Numbered from the stretch's first letter, positions 29,655-40,178 are shown. The stretch is 41,386 bases of DNA from an uncultured Bacillales bacterium (GCA_945228905.1 CALYOH010000003.1:1-41386), one strand, 5' to 3'. Translations and numbers: made by a program. The notes: generated by a model from the letters alone, not told the origin.

Positions 29655-30602
29655 ATGACTCAAAAAGAAAAGATTTCTATAGTAGTACCTTGTTATAATG
29701 AAGAAGAATCTCTTCCAATATTTTATGAAGAAATTACTAAGGTATCAAAGAAGTTAAAAGAGGTTGATTTTGAATATATTTTTATTAATGATGGATCAAA
29801 AGATAAAACACTAAGTATATTAAGAGAATTATCAAAGAAAGATAGTAAAGTAAGATACGTATCATTTTCAAGAAACTTTGGAAAAGAAGCTGGTATGTTT
29901 GCTGGATTAGAAGCAACCACAGGAGACTATGTCGCAATAATGGATGCAGATATGCAAGATCCACCAGAAATGATCATTGAGATGTATAAAAGTATTAAAA
30001 AGGAAGATTATGATTGTGTTGCTTTATATACAAAGTCTCATAAAGGATATAACTTTATTAGAAAAGGATTAACTAATTGTTGGTATAAATTAATAGAAAA
30101 AATATCTGATTCTAAACAAGTTCCAGGCGCAAGAGATTTCAGATTAATGAAAAGAAAAATGGTAGATTCTATTTTATCAATGAGAGAATATAATAGATAT
30201 ACTAAAGGAATGTTTGGATTCGTAGGATTTGATACTAAATGGATAGATTATGAAGCTCCAGAAAGAGTAGCTGGAACATCTAAATTTAACTTAGGAAAAT
30301 TAATAAAATATGCATTAGAAGGAATAGTTGCTTTCTCAACAAAACCATTATTAATTTCAGCATATGTAGGAATGCTATTCTGTTTAGTAGCTTTTATCGC
30401 AATAATAGTAATAATAGTAAAAACATTAGTACTTGGAGATCCAACATCAGGATGGCCTTCACTAGCATGTATAATAATATTTGTAAGTGGAATACAATTA
30501 TTCTTCTTAGGAATAATTGGCATGTATTTATCTAAAATATATTTGGAAGTAAAAGAAAGACCAGTATATATAGTAAAAGAAACTGAAAAAGATAATAAAT
30601 AA
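29655..30602 (+). CDS. GtrB/CsbB-like polyprenyl-phosphate glycosyltransferase (GT2)
   Basis: VPCYNEE, NDGSKD, FSRNFGKEA, MDADMQDPP, DFRLM, R.AGTSK, two C-terminal TM helices, EVKERP.YIV. Confidence 0.92.
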   Translation: MTQKEKISIVVPCYNEEESLPIFYEEITKVSKKLKEVDFEYIFINDGSKDKTLSILRELSKKDSKVRYVSFSRNFGKEAGMFAGLEATTGDYVAIMDADMQDPPEMIIEMYKSIKKEDYDCVALYTKSHKGYNFIRKGLTNCWYKLIEKISDSKQVPGARDFRLMKRKMVDSILSMREYNRYTKGMFGFVGFDTKWIDYEAPERVAGTSKFNLGKLIKYALEGIVAFSTKPLLISAYVGMLFCLVAFIAIIVIIVKTLVLGDPTSGWPSLACIIIFVSGIQLFFLGIIGMYLSKIYLEVKERPVYIVKETEKDNK

Positions 30603-30612
30603 AGGAGTACAT

Positions 30613-31554
30613 ATGGCAGATATAAGTATAATTATCCCTGCTTATAATGCAGAAAAATATATAAAGAAATGTTTAGATTCATTAATAAAACAAACTAAAA
30701 AAGAAATAGAAATAATAGTAATAAATGATGGATCTAAAGATAATACAGAAAAATTAATAAAGTCATACACCGACTCAAGAATTAAGTATTATAAAAACAC
30801 TAACCATGGGATTGGTTATTCAAGAAACTATGGTATTGAAAAAGCTAAAGGCAAATATATAATGTTTCTAGATAGTGATGATTATGTAGAAAAAGATATT
30901 TGTGAAAAACTATATAATAAAGCAAGAAACGATGATTTAGATTTAGTAATATGTGATTTCTTTAAAGAATTTGAAAATGGTAATATTGAAGAAATACATA
31001 CAAATGATTTTAAGAACTCATCACTAAAAGATAATCCTGATATTATTACAGAATATCTTTCTCCATGGGCAAAACTATATAGTACTAAGTTATTAAAAGA
31101 TAATAATATTAAATTTGTAGAAAATCTAAAATATGAAGATGCTCCTTTTGTAATAGAAGCACTTGATAAAGCTAAAAAGATAGGTAAAGTTAATGATTGC
31201 TTAGTACATTATATGATTCATGGTAATAGTGAAACAACAGTAAGGGATAAAAGAGTATTTGATATTTTAAAGATTATTGATAAGATTAGAAAATATACAA
31301 AAAATAAAGCATATTTAATAGATAAAATTGATAAACTAACTGTTCGTATTATTACAAACTATACTATTCAACAAAGAGTACAAGCTGATAAGAAGGTTGG
31401 AATGGAATTTATCAATGAAGCATTTGAATATATGAAAAAAGAAGTTCCTGATTATAAAAATAATAAATATTATGAAACAAGAAGCTTCTTAAGAAGAACA
31501 ATAGAAAAAAGTAAATTATTAACTAAGATTTATGTAAAACTATATAATAAGTAA
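30613..31554 (+). CDS. GT2 family glycosyltransferase (soluble)
   Basis: SIIIPAYN, INDGSKD, SRNYG, FLDSDD, PWAKLY, YED. Confidence 0.93.
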   Translation: MADISIIIPAYNAEKYIKKCLDSLIKQTKKEIEIIVINDGSKDNTEKLIKSYTDSRIKYYKNTNHGIGYSRNYGIEKAKGKYIMFLDSDDYVEKDICEKLYNKARNDDLDLVICDFFKEFENGNIEEIHTNDFKNSSLKDNPDIITEYLSPWAKLYSTKLLKDNNIKFVENLKYEDAPFVIEALDKAKKIGKVNDCLVHYMIHGNSETTVRDKRVFDILKIIDKIRKYTKNKAYLIDKIDKLTVRIITNYTIQQRVQADKKVGMEFINEAFEYMKKEVPDYKNNKYYETRSFLRRTIEKSKLLTKIYVKLYNK

Positions 31555-31564
31555 GGAGATTAAA

Positions 31565-33280
31565 ATGAAAGAAAAAAGCATTATGAAAAGTGAATCAATG
31601 AAATTATTCACAATGTTATCCGGATATTTTTTATCTGTATTACTTTTATATTCAGTACTTCAATTTATAAAAATTCAAAATTTAGCAATAATTCAAATAT
31701 TAAGTATTATTATTCCAATTATTTTTTATCTAATATTAAATAAGAAAGTATCAATAAAGAAAGAAATAATAACAATATCTTTTTATTTGTTTATATTATT
31801 AATAATTCCATTTATATATAACAAAACATATGATTTAACAATAGATGGCAATTCATATCATAAAACAGCAATTGCTTTTATAAAAAGTGGCTGGAACCCA
31901 ATGTATGAATCAATGAGAAGTTACCAGAAACATAGTGATGAAGTAATAAAGATTGAAAAACAATACAAGGTTGATTTATGGGTTGAACATTATCCAAAAG
32001 CAACATGGATTATTGCAGCAACAATGTATAATATGACAGGAAGTATTGAATCTGGTAAGTGCATTACCTTAATACTTTCAATAATGCTAATGATTATTAG
32101 TTATAATTGTCTAAGCAAAATACTAGATAAAAAATGGTCAATGATAATTTCAATAATAATATTATTAAATCCAATAGTATTAGCTCAATTCTATACATAT
32201 TATGTTGATGGTATTATGGGAATTGTATTTATTATAGAATTATTATTATTGATGCAAATTAAGCCAAAAGAAAAAATTGATAAAAGACTTTGGCTATCTA
32301 TAACATCAATTTGTGCAATTTGTGTTAACTTAAAATATACTGGACTTTTATGTTCAGGAGTAATAGCAGCAGTATATTATTTCTATTATTTAATTGTAAA
32401 TAGAAAGGATAAAGAATTCTTAAATATTTTTAAAAGATTAACTCTTTCATTTATAATTGTTTTTGTATCTGCTATATTTATTGTAGGAGCAAATTCATAC
32501 ATAAAAAATACAATAGATCATCATAATCCACTTTATCCATTAATTGGAAAAGATAAAGTAGATATTATTTCTACAATGCAACCAAAAAGTTTTAACAAAA
32601 AAAGTAAAATAGAAAAATTTATTATTTCTACATTCTCTAAAACAGAAAATGTAACATATGAAGAAGAACCAACATTAAAGATACCATTGAGAGTTTATAG
32701 ATCAGAAATAGAGGAACTATATATTCCTGATGTTAGAATTGCTGGTTTTGGTCCATGGTCTGCGTTCTTGTTCATTTTATCAATAATAATACTAATTCCT
32801 TTGTCAGTACTTTTAATGAAAAAGGAAAAAGAAAATACTAAATATCTTGTATTACCACTATTGTGTATAATATTATCTTCGATATTAGTAGGAGAGAGTT
32901 GGTGGGCAAGATATATTCCACAAGTGTATTTAATTCCAGTAGGAGCATTACTATTATTAATATACTCAAGAAAATATTATGATAAATTAATTCTAAGAAT
33001 AATAACATATGGTTTTATATTAGTATTAATATTAAATTCAGGCTGCTTCTTATATGTTGACTATAAGACATTAGATTCATTTAAAGAAATAACAAACGAT
33101 ATTAATGAAATGAAAGAAATTGATAATTTAGAGTTAAGAACTAATTATCTTGACTTATACGGCTACTTTTACACATTAAATGATAATGATGTCGAATATG
33201 TAGTAATAAAAGAAGATATTCCTGATGATGAATCAGTATTTATGTATTCTTGGAGACTAGAGGTGAAAAAAAATGACTAA
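31565..33280 (+). CDS. Polytopic membrane protein, probable GT-C fold glycosyltransferase (paralog of 38415-40160)
   Basis: More than ten TM segments; first large loop YDLTIDGNSYH with acidic residues; HYPK, YVDG, KYTG, NPLYP, GFGP, WWARY. Confidence 0.65.
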   Translation: MKEKSIMKSESMKLFTMLSGYFLSVLLLYSVLQFIKIQNLAIIQILSIIIPIIFYLILNKKVSIKKEIITISFYLFILLIIPFIYNKTYDLTIDGNSYHKTAIAFIKSGWNPMYESMRSYQKHSDEVIKIEKQYKVDLWVEHYPKATWIIAATMYNMTGSIESGKCITLILSIMLMIISYNCLSKILDKKWSMIISIIILLNPIVLAQFYTYYVDGIMGIVFIIELLLLMQIKPKEKIDKRLWLSITSICAICVNLKYTGLLCSGVIAAVYYFYYLIVNRKDKEFLNIFKRLTLSFIIVFVSAIFIVGANSYIKNTIDHHNPLYPLIGKDKVDIISTMQPKSFNKKSKIEKFIISTFSKTENVTYEEEPTLKIPLRVYRSEIEELYIPDVRIAGFGPWSAFLFILSIIILIPLSVLLMKKEKENTKYLVLPLLCIILSSILVGESWWARYIPQVYLIPVGALLLLIYSRKYYDKLILRIITYGFILVLILNSGCFLYVDYKTLDSFKEITNDINEMKEIDNLELRTNYLDLYGYFYTLNDNDVEYVVIKEDIPDDESVFMYSWRLEVKKND

Positions 33281-34157
33281 AAAAATAAAAAATTACATAA
33301 AATTAATAAGAGTTAAACACTGGCTAAAAAATGGACTAGTATTCTTACCAATATTTTTTAGCTCAAATATTTTTAATATTAATCTATTACTAACTTCAGT
33401 ATTAGCATTCTTTATATTTTCATTTACATCAAGTATTGTATATGTAGTTAATGATATGAATGATATTGAAAAAGATAAATTACATCCAGTAAAAAAGAAT
33501 AGACCATTAGCAAGTGGAGCAATATCTATTCCTATGGCAAGAGTAGTAATTGTAATATTATTTGTTCTAGTAGCATTACTAAGTTTCTTTGCATATAAAG
33601 TAAATAATAATATATTTATTTTCATAATACCACTAATATACTTAGTACTAAATATTATGTATAGTAAAGGATTAAAGAATATACCTATAATAGATGTAGT
33701 TATATTAGTATCAGGATTTGTATTTAGAGTAATGTATGGAGGAGTAATCACTGATATAGAAGTATCTAAATACTTATATCTAATGATTATCTTTGGAGCA
33801 TTTTATTTAGGATTTGGTAAAAGAAGAAATGAAATTATTAAAAATGGAGAAAAATCAAGAAAAGTACTTGAACTATATAATAAAGAATTCTTAGACAAGA
33901 ATATGTATGTTATGTTAGGTTTAGCAGTTGTTTCATATACACTATGGTGTGTAGATCCTGCAACAATCGCAAGAGTTGGTAATGATTATCTGTTCTGGAC
34001 AATTCCATTATTAATAATAATTCTTCTATTATATAGTCTAAATATAGAAGGAAATTCACATGGAGATCCAATAGAAGTAATTCTTGCAGATAAAAAACTT
34101 TTAGTAACAGTATTTATATATATTATAGTAATGGGAGGAATATTATATCTATTATGA
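33273..34157 (+). CDS. UbiA-family polyprenyl-phosphate phosphoribosyltransferase (DPPR-synthase-like)
   Basis: RVKHWLKN.LVF.P, YVVNDMNDIEKDKLHPVKKNRPLASG, YS..LK....IDV, GFVFR, KRRNE, RKVL..Y, GDP: the pattern of the mycobacterial Rv3806c subfamily. Confidence 0.88.
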   Translation: MTKKIKNYIKLIRVKHWLKNGLVFLPIFFSSNIFNINLLLTSVLAFFIFSFTSSIVYVVNDMNDIEKDKLHPVKKNRPLASGAISIPMARVVIVILFVLVALLSFFAYKVNNNIFIFIIPLIYLVLNIMYSKGLKNIPIIDVVILVSGFVFRVMYGGVITDIEVSKYLYLMIIFGAFYLGFGKRRNEIIKNGEKSRKVLELYNKEFLDKNMYVMLGLAVVSYTLWCVDPATIARVGNDYLFWTIPLLIIILLLYSLNIEGNSHGDPIEVILADKKLLVTVFIYIIVMGGILYLL

Positions 34158-34735
34158 TAAACGCATACGACTTTGATGAAACAATTTATGATGGAGACTC
34201 ATCTATAGACTTTTATAAGTACTGCTTAAAAAGAAAACCATCAATTATTATAATGGCACCAATCCAAGCATATGGAGTATTACTTTATATGTTAAAAATA
34301 AAAAACAAAGATTTTATGAAAGAAAAAATCTTTAGTTTCTTAAAAAGAATTGATAATATAGATGACTATATAGATGATTTTTGGAAAACACATAAAAAGA
34401 ATATAAAAGAGTGGTATTTAAAACAAAAAAAGAAAACTGATGTAATCATATCTGCTTCTCCTGAATTCTTACTTAAACCACTAGAAAAAGAATTAGGAGT
34501 AGAAAGAATAATCGCAACAAAAGTAAATAAATATAATGGTAAGTTTGAATCTAAAAACTGTCATGATTATCAAAAAATAAAAAGATATGAAGCAGAAATG
34601 AGAAGAAAAGATGATATTAAAAGATTCTATTCTGATTCATTTAAATCAGATAAAGCAATGTTTGAATATGCTGAAGAAGCCTATCTAGTAAAAAAGAATA
34701 AAATCGAGAAAATTGATCCTAAAAACTATAAATAG
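34154..34735 (+). CDS. HAD-superfamily phosphatase (IB-like), translationally coupled to the UbiA gene
   Basis: YDFDETIY.GDS (motif I), IISASP (II), NC...K (III), YSDS..SD (IV); ATGA overlap. Confidence 0.9.
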   Translation: MINAYDFDETIYDGDSSIDFYKYCLKRKPSIIIMAPIQAYGVLLYMLKIKNKDFMKEKIFSFLKRIDNIDDYIDDFWKTHKKNIKEWYLKQKKKTDVIISASPEFLLKPLEKELGVERIIATKVNKYNGKFESKNCHDYQKIKRYEAEMRRKDDIKRFYSDSFKSDKAMFEYAEEAYLVKKNKIEKIDPKNYK

Positions 34736-34748
34736 AGAGGTAATTAAA

Positions 34749-37421
34749 ATGAGAAAAATAATAAGTAAGTTAAAATTAAATAAACCGGAGACACTATTAT
34801 TCATTTTCTCATTTTTTTATTTGCTTGTTTTAGGGATTACTCTGTCTTATAATTTAGATTTTAGTGAAAATTATAATCTATTGTTTAGTTCTGATACATC
34901 TAGAGTCATATTAGATTCAACTGTAATAAATGCTAATCACTATAGAGTAGATGTTCATCCATTATTTCTAATAATAGTACAACCGCTAGTTTTACTATTA
35001 TCAGGAATAACAATGAATAAGATGTTATCAATAGTAATCTTATCTGCATTTACATCATCATTATCAGTAATATTTATTTTTAAGATATTAAATTTAATAA
35101 AAAAAGATAATAAAACAAATATTATTATCTCTTTAATATATTTATTTTCATTTTCTAATATAATTTATACATCAGGTATAGAAACATATAACTTTGCTAG
35201 TTTATTCCTAATAATATTAATATACTTTGTATTAAAAAATAAAGAATTAGATAATTACAAATACTTATTATTAGTAGCTTTAGGAATCCTATCTGTAGCG
35301 TTTACTATTACTAATTTCATAGTATTCTTAATAGTATTATTTATGCTATTTATAAATAAAAAGATTAGTATAAAAGGATCAATAAAAGTAGTATTAGTAA
35401 TAGTATTATGTATGTTTGGATTAAATATAGTTCAAAAAGTAATATGGCCAAATACACCTATAGTATTTAGAAATAGTATTAAAAGTGAAGTATCTACTTA
35501 TACTAAAGAAATAGGTATTAAGAATGTAATAAAAAATGACTATTATAATTTGTTAATAGGAAGTAATATTAATTTAAAAATGTCATATGGAGATATTTAT
35601 AATAATAGAAATGTAATAATTGATTTTATAAATACAAATATATTTAATATATTAGTAATATCAATTCTATATATCTTATCAATAGTCTTAATAATAAGAA
35701 ATTATAAAAAGAATAAATTTATAAATATAAGTTTATTATTAATATTATTATTTAATACTATATTACATATAGTATATGGTAATGACTCTACATTTCTTTA
35801 TTCACTACATTTCTTATATCCAATTATTTTATTAATAGGTATAAATCTAAATTTAGAAAAGAATAATAAATTAAAAAAATATATAAATATATTCTTAATA
35901 GTATTTTTAATAATACAAGTATTAACAAATAACTATCTATATTTAAAAATATTTAACTATTCAAGAAGAATATTAAATAGTAGTTATATTATGGCAAATA
36001 TAGGAGCATTTAATACTATACTTTTAGAAGTTATAGTTATTACAGTAATATTTATTTTAATATTATTATTCTTATATTTATTAAAAGTATTATTAAAAGA
36101 AAAGAATAAAGATAAAAAACTACTATTAGGAATACCATCATTATTAATAATAGTATTAATAAGTTCAATCTTTATACATATAGAAAATGTTCCAAATAGT
36201 AATAGATTATTTATTGTTAAATTAAATAATAATAATAATACAAAGACAAAACCAATTACTAAATATGAACTATTAGAAGAAGACTTTATAAACCATTTCA
36301 AAGATGAAGTTAATGACTATTCTAATTATCAAGCAGAATACTTATCATTTAAAAAAGAATACAATGTAGCGGAAATATCTACTATTAATTGGAATGATTA
36401 CTATTACTTTGGAATGGGTAATAGAAAAAAACTAGTATATAAAGAAAACGCACTAATTGATATAGAGTCTTCTAAAGAACTATATACATTTAAAGAAAAA
36501 GAACATTTAATTGTACCTAATAGATATATGGTATTAATAGAAACAATAGATAATGATTATATAAAAATATATGAAGATAGTGAAGGAGTACACTACAGTA
36601 TTAATGATAAAGATACAATTATAGAGGGTACTAATAATCATATAGATTTATATAATTTTGATAATCAAAAATATCAAAATATTAAGAAAGTACTATATAG
36701 TGAAATACTATTTAATATTAAAGATAGTAAAATATATCCAAATATAATGGTATACGATAAACCATGGTATAGAGATGCCGCTATAGTATCAATGGTATTA
36801 AAAAATACAAATAATACAAATTTAATAACTGATTGGGTTAATAGTATAGAGGATATATATGATCTACAAAGCGATATAAAAGAACCAGATAACTTAGGAG
36901 AATTATTATATATACTATCTACTCAAGAAGAAAGAAATGAAAATTTAATTGATCAAATTGTAGATGAAGCAAACCATTTAGCAGAAGAAAATCCTAATGG
37001 ATATTATATATATGGAAAGACTGATTATTCAGATGAATATCTATATCAAAATCTATGGTATAAATTGGGAATAGAGTCAGTAGGAAGAGATTTCTATTAT
37101 GAATTAGATACAATACCAAAAGATAATTATTCAACTATGTGTTGGTGGAGCGATTATATAGCTTTTGGAGATAATGAAGGAAGTATTGAATATCCATATT
37201 TAACAACAGCTAAATATCATAAATTAAGAAAAGGAAGTTTAATTGTTAATAGTAATAGTTATCCACTATCTTGGGAAAAGAATGCATCAAAGGCAAATTA
37301 TGAGAATTATCTAAATGTTAATATGGGAGACCTTACATATGACAATATATCGCAGACACATTCATGGAGTGCAGGAGAACTATTATTACTATTATTAGAT
37401 GATTCCGATGATTTAAAATAA
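34749..37421 (+). CDS. GT-C-like membrane domain fused to a C-terminal six-hairpin-glycosidase-like domain
   Basis: GAGAGGT RBS; N-terminal polytopic part with LFSSD..R, VHPLF, IETY, FLYS.H; soluble C-terminal part with PWYRDAA, EPDNLGE, YPLSWE, HSWSAGELLL. Confidence 0.55.
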   Translation: MRKIISKLKLNKPETLLFIFSFFYLLVLGITLSYNLDFSENYNLLFSSDTSRVILDSTVINANHYRVDVHPLFLIIVQPLVLLLSGITMNKMLSIVILSAFTSSLSVIFIFKILNLIKKDNKTNIIISLIYLFSFSNIIYTSGIETYNFASLFLIILIYFVLKNKELDNYKYLLLVALGILSVAFTITNFIVFLIVLFMLFINKKISIKGSIKVVLVIVLCMFGLNIVQKVIWPNTPIVFRNSIKSEVSTYTKEIGIKNVIKNDYYNLLIGSNINLKMSYGDIYNNRNVIIDFINTNIFNILVISILYILSIVLIIRNYKKNKFINISLLLILLFNTILHIVYGNDSTFLYSLHFLYPIILLIGINLNLEKNNKLKKYINIFLIVFLIIQVLTNNYLYLKIFNYSRRILNSSYIMANIGAFNTILLEVIVITVIFILILLFLYLLKVLLKEKNKDKKLLLGIPSLLIIVLISSIFIHIENVPNSNRLFIVKLNNNNNTKTKPITKYELLEEDFINHFKDEVNDYSNYQAEYLSFKKEYNVAEISTINWNDYYYFGMGNRKKLVYKENALIDIESSKELYTFKEKEHLIVPNRYMVLIETIDNDYIKIYEDSEGVHYSINDKDTIIEGTNNHIDLYNFDNQKYQNIKKVLYSEILFNIKDSKIYPNIMVYDKPWYRDAAIVSMVLKNTNNTNLITDWVNSIEDIYDLQSDIKEPDNLGELLYILSTQEERNENLIDQIVDEANHLAEENPNGYYIYGKTDYSDEYLYQNLWYKLGIESVGRDFYYELDTIPKDNYSTMCWWSDYIAFGDNEGSIEYPYLTTAKYHKLRKGSLIVNSNSYPLSWEKNASKANYENYLNVNMGDLTYDNISQTHSWSAGELLLLLLDDSDDLK

Positions 37422-37423
37422 TA

Positions 37424-37432
37424 TGTTATAAT
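37424..37432 (+). promoter_or_regulatory. Internal extended -10 promoter
   Basis: TGTTATAAT just after the upstream stop and before the AAGGAAG RBS. Confidence 0.6.
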
Positions 37433-37452
37433 AAAACAAGGAAGTGTTAATT

Positions 37453-38412
37453 ATGAAAAAGAATCCAATACTTTATGTAGTAGTTCCATGTTATAACGAA
37501 GAAGAAGTATTACATGAAACAACTAAGCAATTAAAAGCTAAATTAGAAAAGTTAATTAAAGACAAAAAAATAAGTCAAGATAGTAGAGTAATGTATGTTA
37601 ATGATGGATCAAAAGATAAGACTTGGGAAATAATAAAAGAAATACATGAAAAAGAAAAACTATTCACAGGAGTATCTTTATCAAGAAATAGGGGACATCA
37701 AAATGCGCTTTTAGGTGGATTAATGACTGCTAAAGAGTATGCTGATGTAGTTATTTCTATGGATGCAGATCTTCAAGATGATATTAATGCAATTGATGGA
37801 ATGTTAGAAAAATATCAAGAAGGAAATGATATTGTTTATGGAGTTAGAAGTGCTAGAAAGAAAGATTCATTCTTTAAACGTACTACTGCAGAAGGTTTTT
37901 ATAAATTTATGAAAGTATTAGGAGTAGATTGTGTTTATAATCATGCTGATTATAGATTGACATCAAAAAGAGTATTAGAAGAATTCTCAAATTATAAAGA
38001 AGTAAATCTATTCTTAAGAGGAATGTTCCCATTAGTAGGATTTAAATCTGATGTAGTATATTACGAAAGAAATGAAAGATTCGCTGGAGAATCAAAATAT
38101 CCATTAAAGAAAATGCTTAATTTTGCTTGGGATGGAATAACTTCATTTAGTGTAAAGCCACTAAGATTTATTTGTACATTAGGATTTGTAATATTATTTA
38201 TAAGTTTAGTAATAATGATCTATTCTTTAGTTAGAAAAATTACTGGTAATACAGTAGATGGATGGACATTCTTATCAATATCAATATGGTTTATTGGAGG
38301 AATTCAAATGATAAGTATAGGAATTATAGGAGAATATATTGGAAAAATATATAGTGAAACTAAAGCTAGACCAAGATTTATTATTTCAGAAAATTTAAAT
38401 AGAAAGGATTAA
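37453..38412 (+). CDS. Second GtrB/YkoT-like polyprenyl-phosphate glycosyltransferase (GT2)
   Basis: VPCYNEE, NDGSKD, LSRNRGHQNALL.G, MDADLQDD, DIVYGVR, NHADYRL, RFAGESKY, two TM helices, ETK.RPRFII. Confidence 0.92.
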   Translation: MKKNPILYVVVPCYNEEEVLHETTKQLKAKLEKLIKDKKISQDSRVMYVNDGSKDKTWEIIKEIHEKEKLFTGVSLSRNRGHQNALLGGLMTAKEYADVVISMDADLQDDINAIDGMLEKYQEGNDIVYGVRSARKKDSFFKRTTAEGFYKFMKVLGVDCVYNHADYRLTSKRVLEEFSNYKEVNLFLRGMFPLVGFKSDVVYYERNERFAGESKYPLKKMLNFAWDGITSFSVKPLRFICTLGFVILFISLVIMIYSLVRKITGNTVDGWTFLSISIWFIGGIQMISIGIIGEYIGKIYSETKARPRFIISENLNRKD

Positions 38413-38414
38413 TA

Positions 38415-40160
38415 ATGGTAAAGAAGAAAAAAAAGAAAGAAAATAAATTTTATAACATATTAGATTACTTAAAAGAGTCTGCTTTATTCTTATTAATCTC
38501 AATTACACTTATATTAATAATTACAAACTTATTATTTATAATTAAGGTAAATATAACTAATTTACATTTACCAATTATTTATATTTTATCTATTATTATA
38601 TTTGTATTGTATAGAAAGAAAGAAAATTATAAAAAAAGTTCAATAAGTATTATAATAGCAACAATAGTATTTATAATATCAATTCTTTCAGTAGGAAGAA
38701 TATATGATACTACTGCGGATGGAAATACTTATCATAAATTAGCAGTTGGTGCATTAAAGAATGGATGGAATCCATTATATGAAAGTGTTGAAGAATTTAA
38801 AGGTAATCCATTTAATATATTAGATGATAATGTTAATGTTAAATGGGTAGATCATTATGCTAGAGGAACAGAAACTTTTGGTGCAGTAATATATGCTTTT
38901 ACAAATAATATAGAAACAGCTAAAGTATTTAATATATTATGGTTATTTATAGGATTATTTGTATCATTCTGGATATTAAAACAAATGAAAATAGAAGAGT
39001 GGAAAAGTATATTAATTGCCTGTGTACTAGCATTTAATCCAATTACAATGACACATTTAACTAATCTATATTTAGATGGAGTGCTAGCAATATCATTATT
39101 TATGATTATTATGATTTGTTCATTAAAAGTAAAATGGGAAGATAAATCAAATGAAATAGATAACTACCTAATACTTGCAATAGCAATTATTTGGTGTTGC
39201 AATACTAAGTTTAATGGATTTGCCTTTGCAGCAGTATTTGCTGGAGTATTATATCTATATAGACATATTTATAATTTTATAAAGAATAAAAAAGAATTTA
39301 AAAAGATATTTATAAAAGACTCATTATTTTATATAGTAACAGTCTTTATAGCAATCATAGTAGTTGCAAGTAACACATATACAAAGAATTTTATAACTCA
39401 CGGACATCCATTTTATCCATTATTTGGAAAAGGACATGTTGATAACATGGTAAATATGGAAATACCTAAATCAATGAAAATAAAAAGTCATGGAGAACAA
39501 TTTTTAATTAGTATTTTTTCAATGAGTGAGAATGTTGCACCTACGTATGAAACATATATAAATGAACCTAATTTAAAAGTACCATTTAGAGTATATAGAC
39601 AAGAAATAGCAAACTTTAATTCTCCAGATTTAAGAGTAGGAGGATTTGGACCATTATTTAGTGGAATATTTATTCTAACAATAATTGGTACTATATATGT
39701 ATTAATTGATTTAATAAGAAAAAAAGAATATGATAAATTGATTCTATATGGAATATTATTATTAACATCAATAATCTTAATACTTGCACTAGATGGAAGT
39801 TATTGGGCAAGATATGTTCCATATGTATATCTATTACCGGTATATGTATTAATTTATTTAATGAAACAAAAGAGTAAAGTATTAAATATATTATCTTTAA
39901 TAGTAATATTCTTATTCGCAATGAATTCAGGATTAATACTATTATCACAAGTACATTATGCATATACTAAAGACAAAGAAATTAATGCAAATTTAAAAGA
40001 CTTTAAAAAATATTCTAAGAATAAAAAGAAAGTAAATATTAGATTAAAACATCATGGAATACAAGGAATAGAATACAACTTAGATGATAAAAATCTAAAT
40101 AATTACAAATTAGTAGAAGATGAATCATTAGAAAAAGATGGGTATTACTTTTATTATTAG
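38415..40160 (+). CDS. Polytopic membrane protein, probable GT-C fold glycosyltransferase (paralog of 31565-33280)
   Basis: YDTTADGNTYHK, GWNPLYES, WVDHY, YLDG, KFNG, HPFYPLFGK, PDLRVGGFGP, YWARYVP. Confidence 0.65.
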   Translation: MVKKKKKKENKFYNILDYLKESALFLLISITLILIITNLLFIIKVNITNLHLPIIYILSIIIFVLYRKKENYKKSSISIIIATIVFIISILSVGRIYDTTADGNTYHKLAVGALKNGWNPLYESVEEFKGNPFNILDDNVNVKWVDHYARGTETFGAVIYAFTNNIETAKVFNILWLFIGLFVSFWILKQMKIEEWKSILIACVLAFNPITMTHLTNLYLDGVLAISLFMIIMICSLKVKWEDKSNEIDNYLILAIAIIWCCNTKFNGFAFAAVFAGVLYLYRHIYNFIKNKKEFKKIFIKDSLFYIVTVFIAIIVVASNTYTKNFITHGHPFYPLFGKGHVDNMVNMEIPKSMKIKSHGEQFLISIFSMSENVAPTYETYINEPNLKVPFRVYRQEIANFNSPDLRVGGFGPLFSGIFILTIIGTIYVLIDLIRKKEYDKLILYGILLLTSIILILALDGSYWARYVPYVYLLPVYVLIYLMKQKSKVLNILSLIVIFLFAMNSGLILLSQVHYAYTKDKEINANLKDFKKYSKNKKKVNIRLKHHGIQGIEYNLDDKNLNNYKLVEDESLEKDGYYFYY

Positions 40161-40178
40161 AAAAGAAGGCATGATAAA

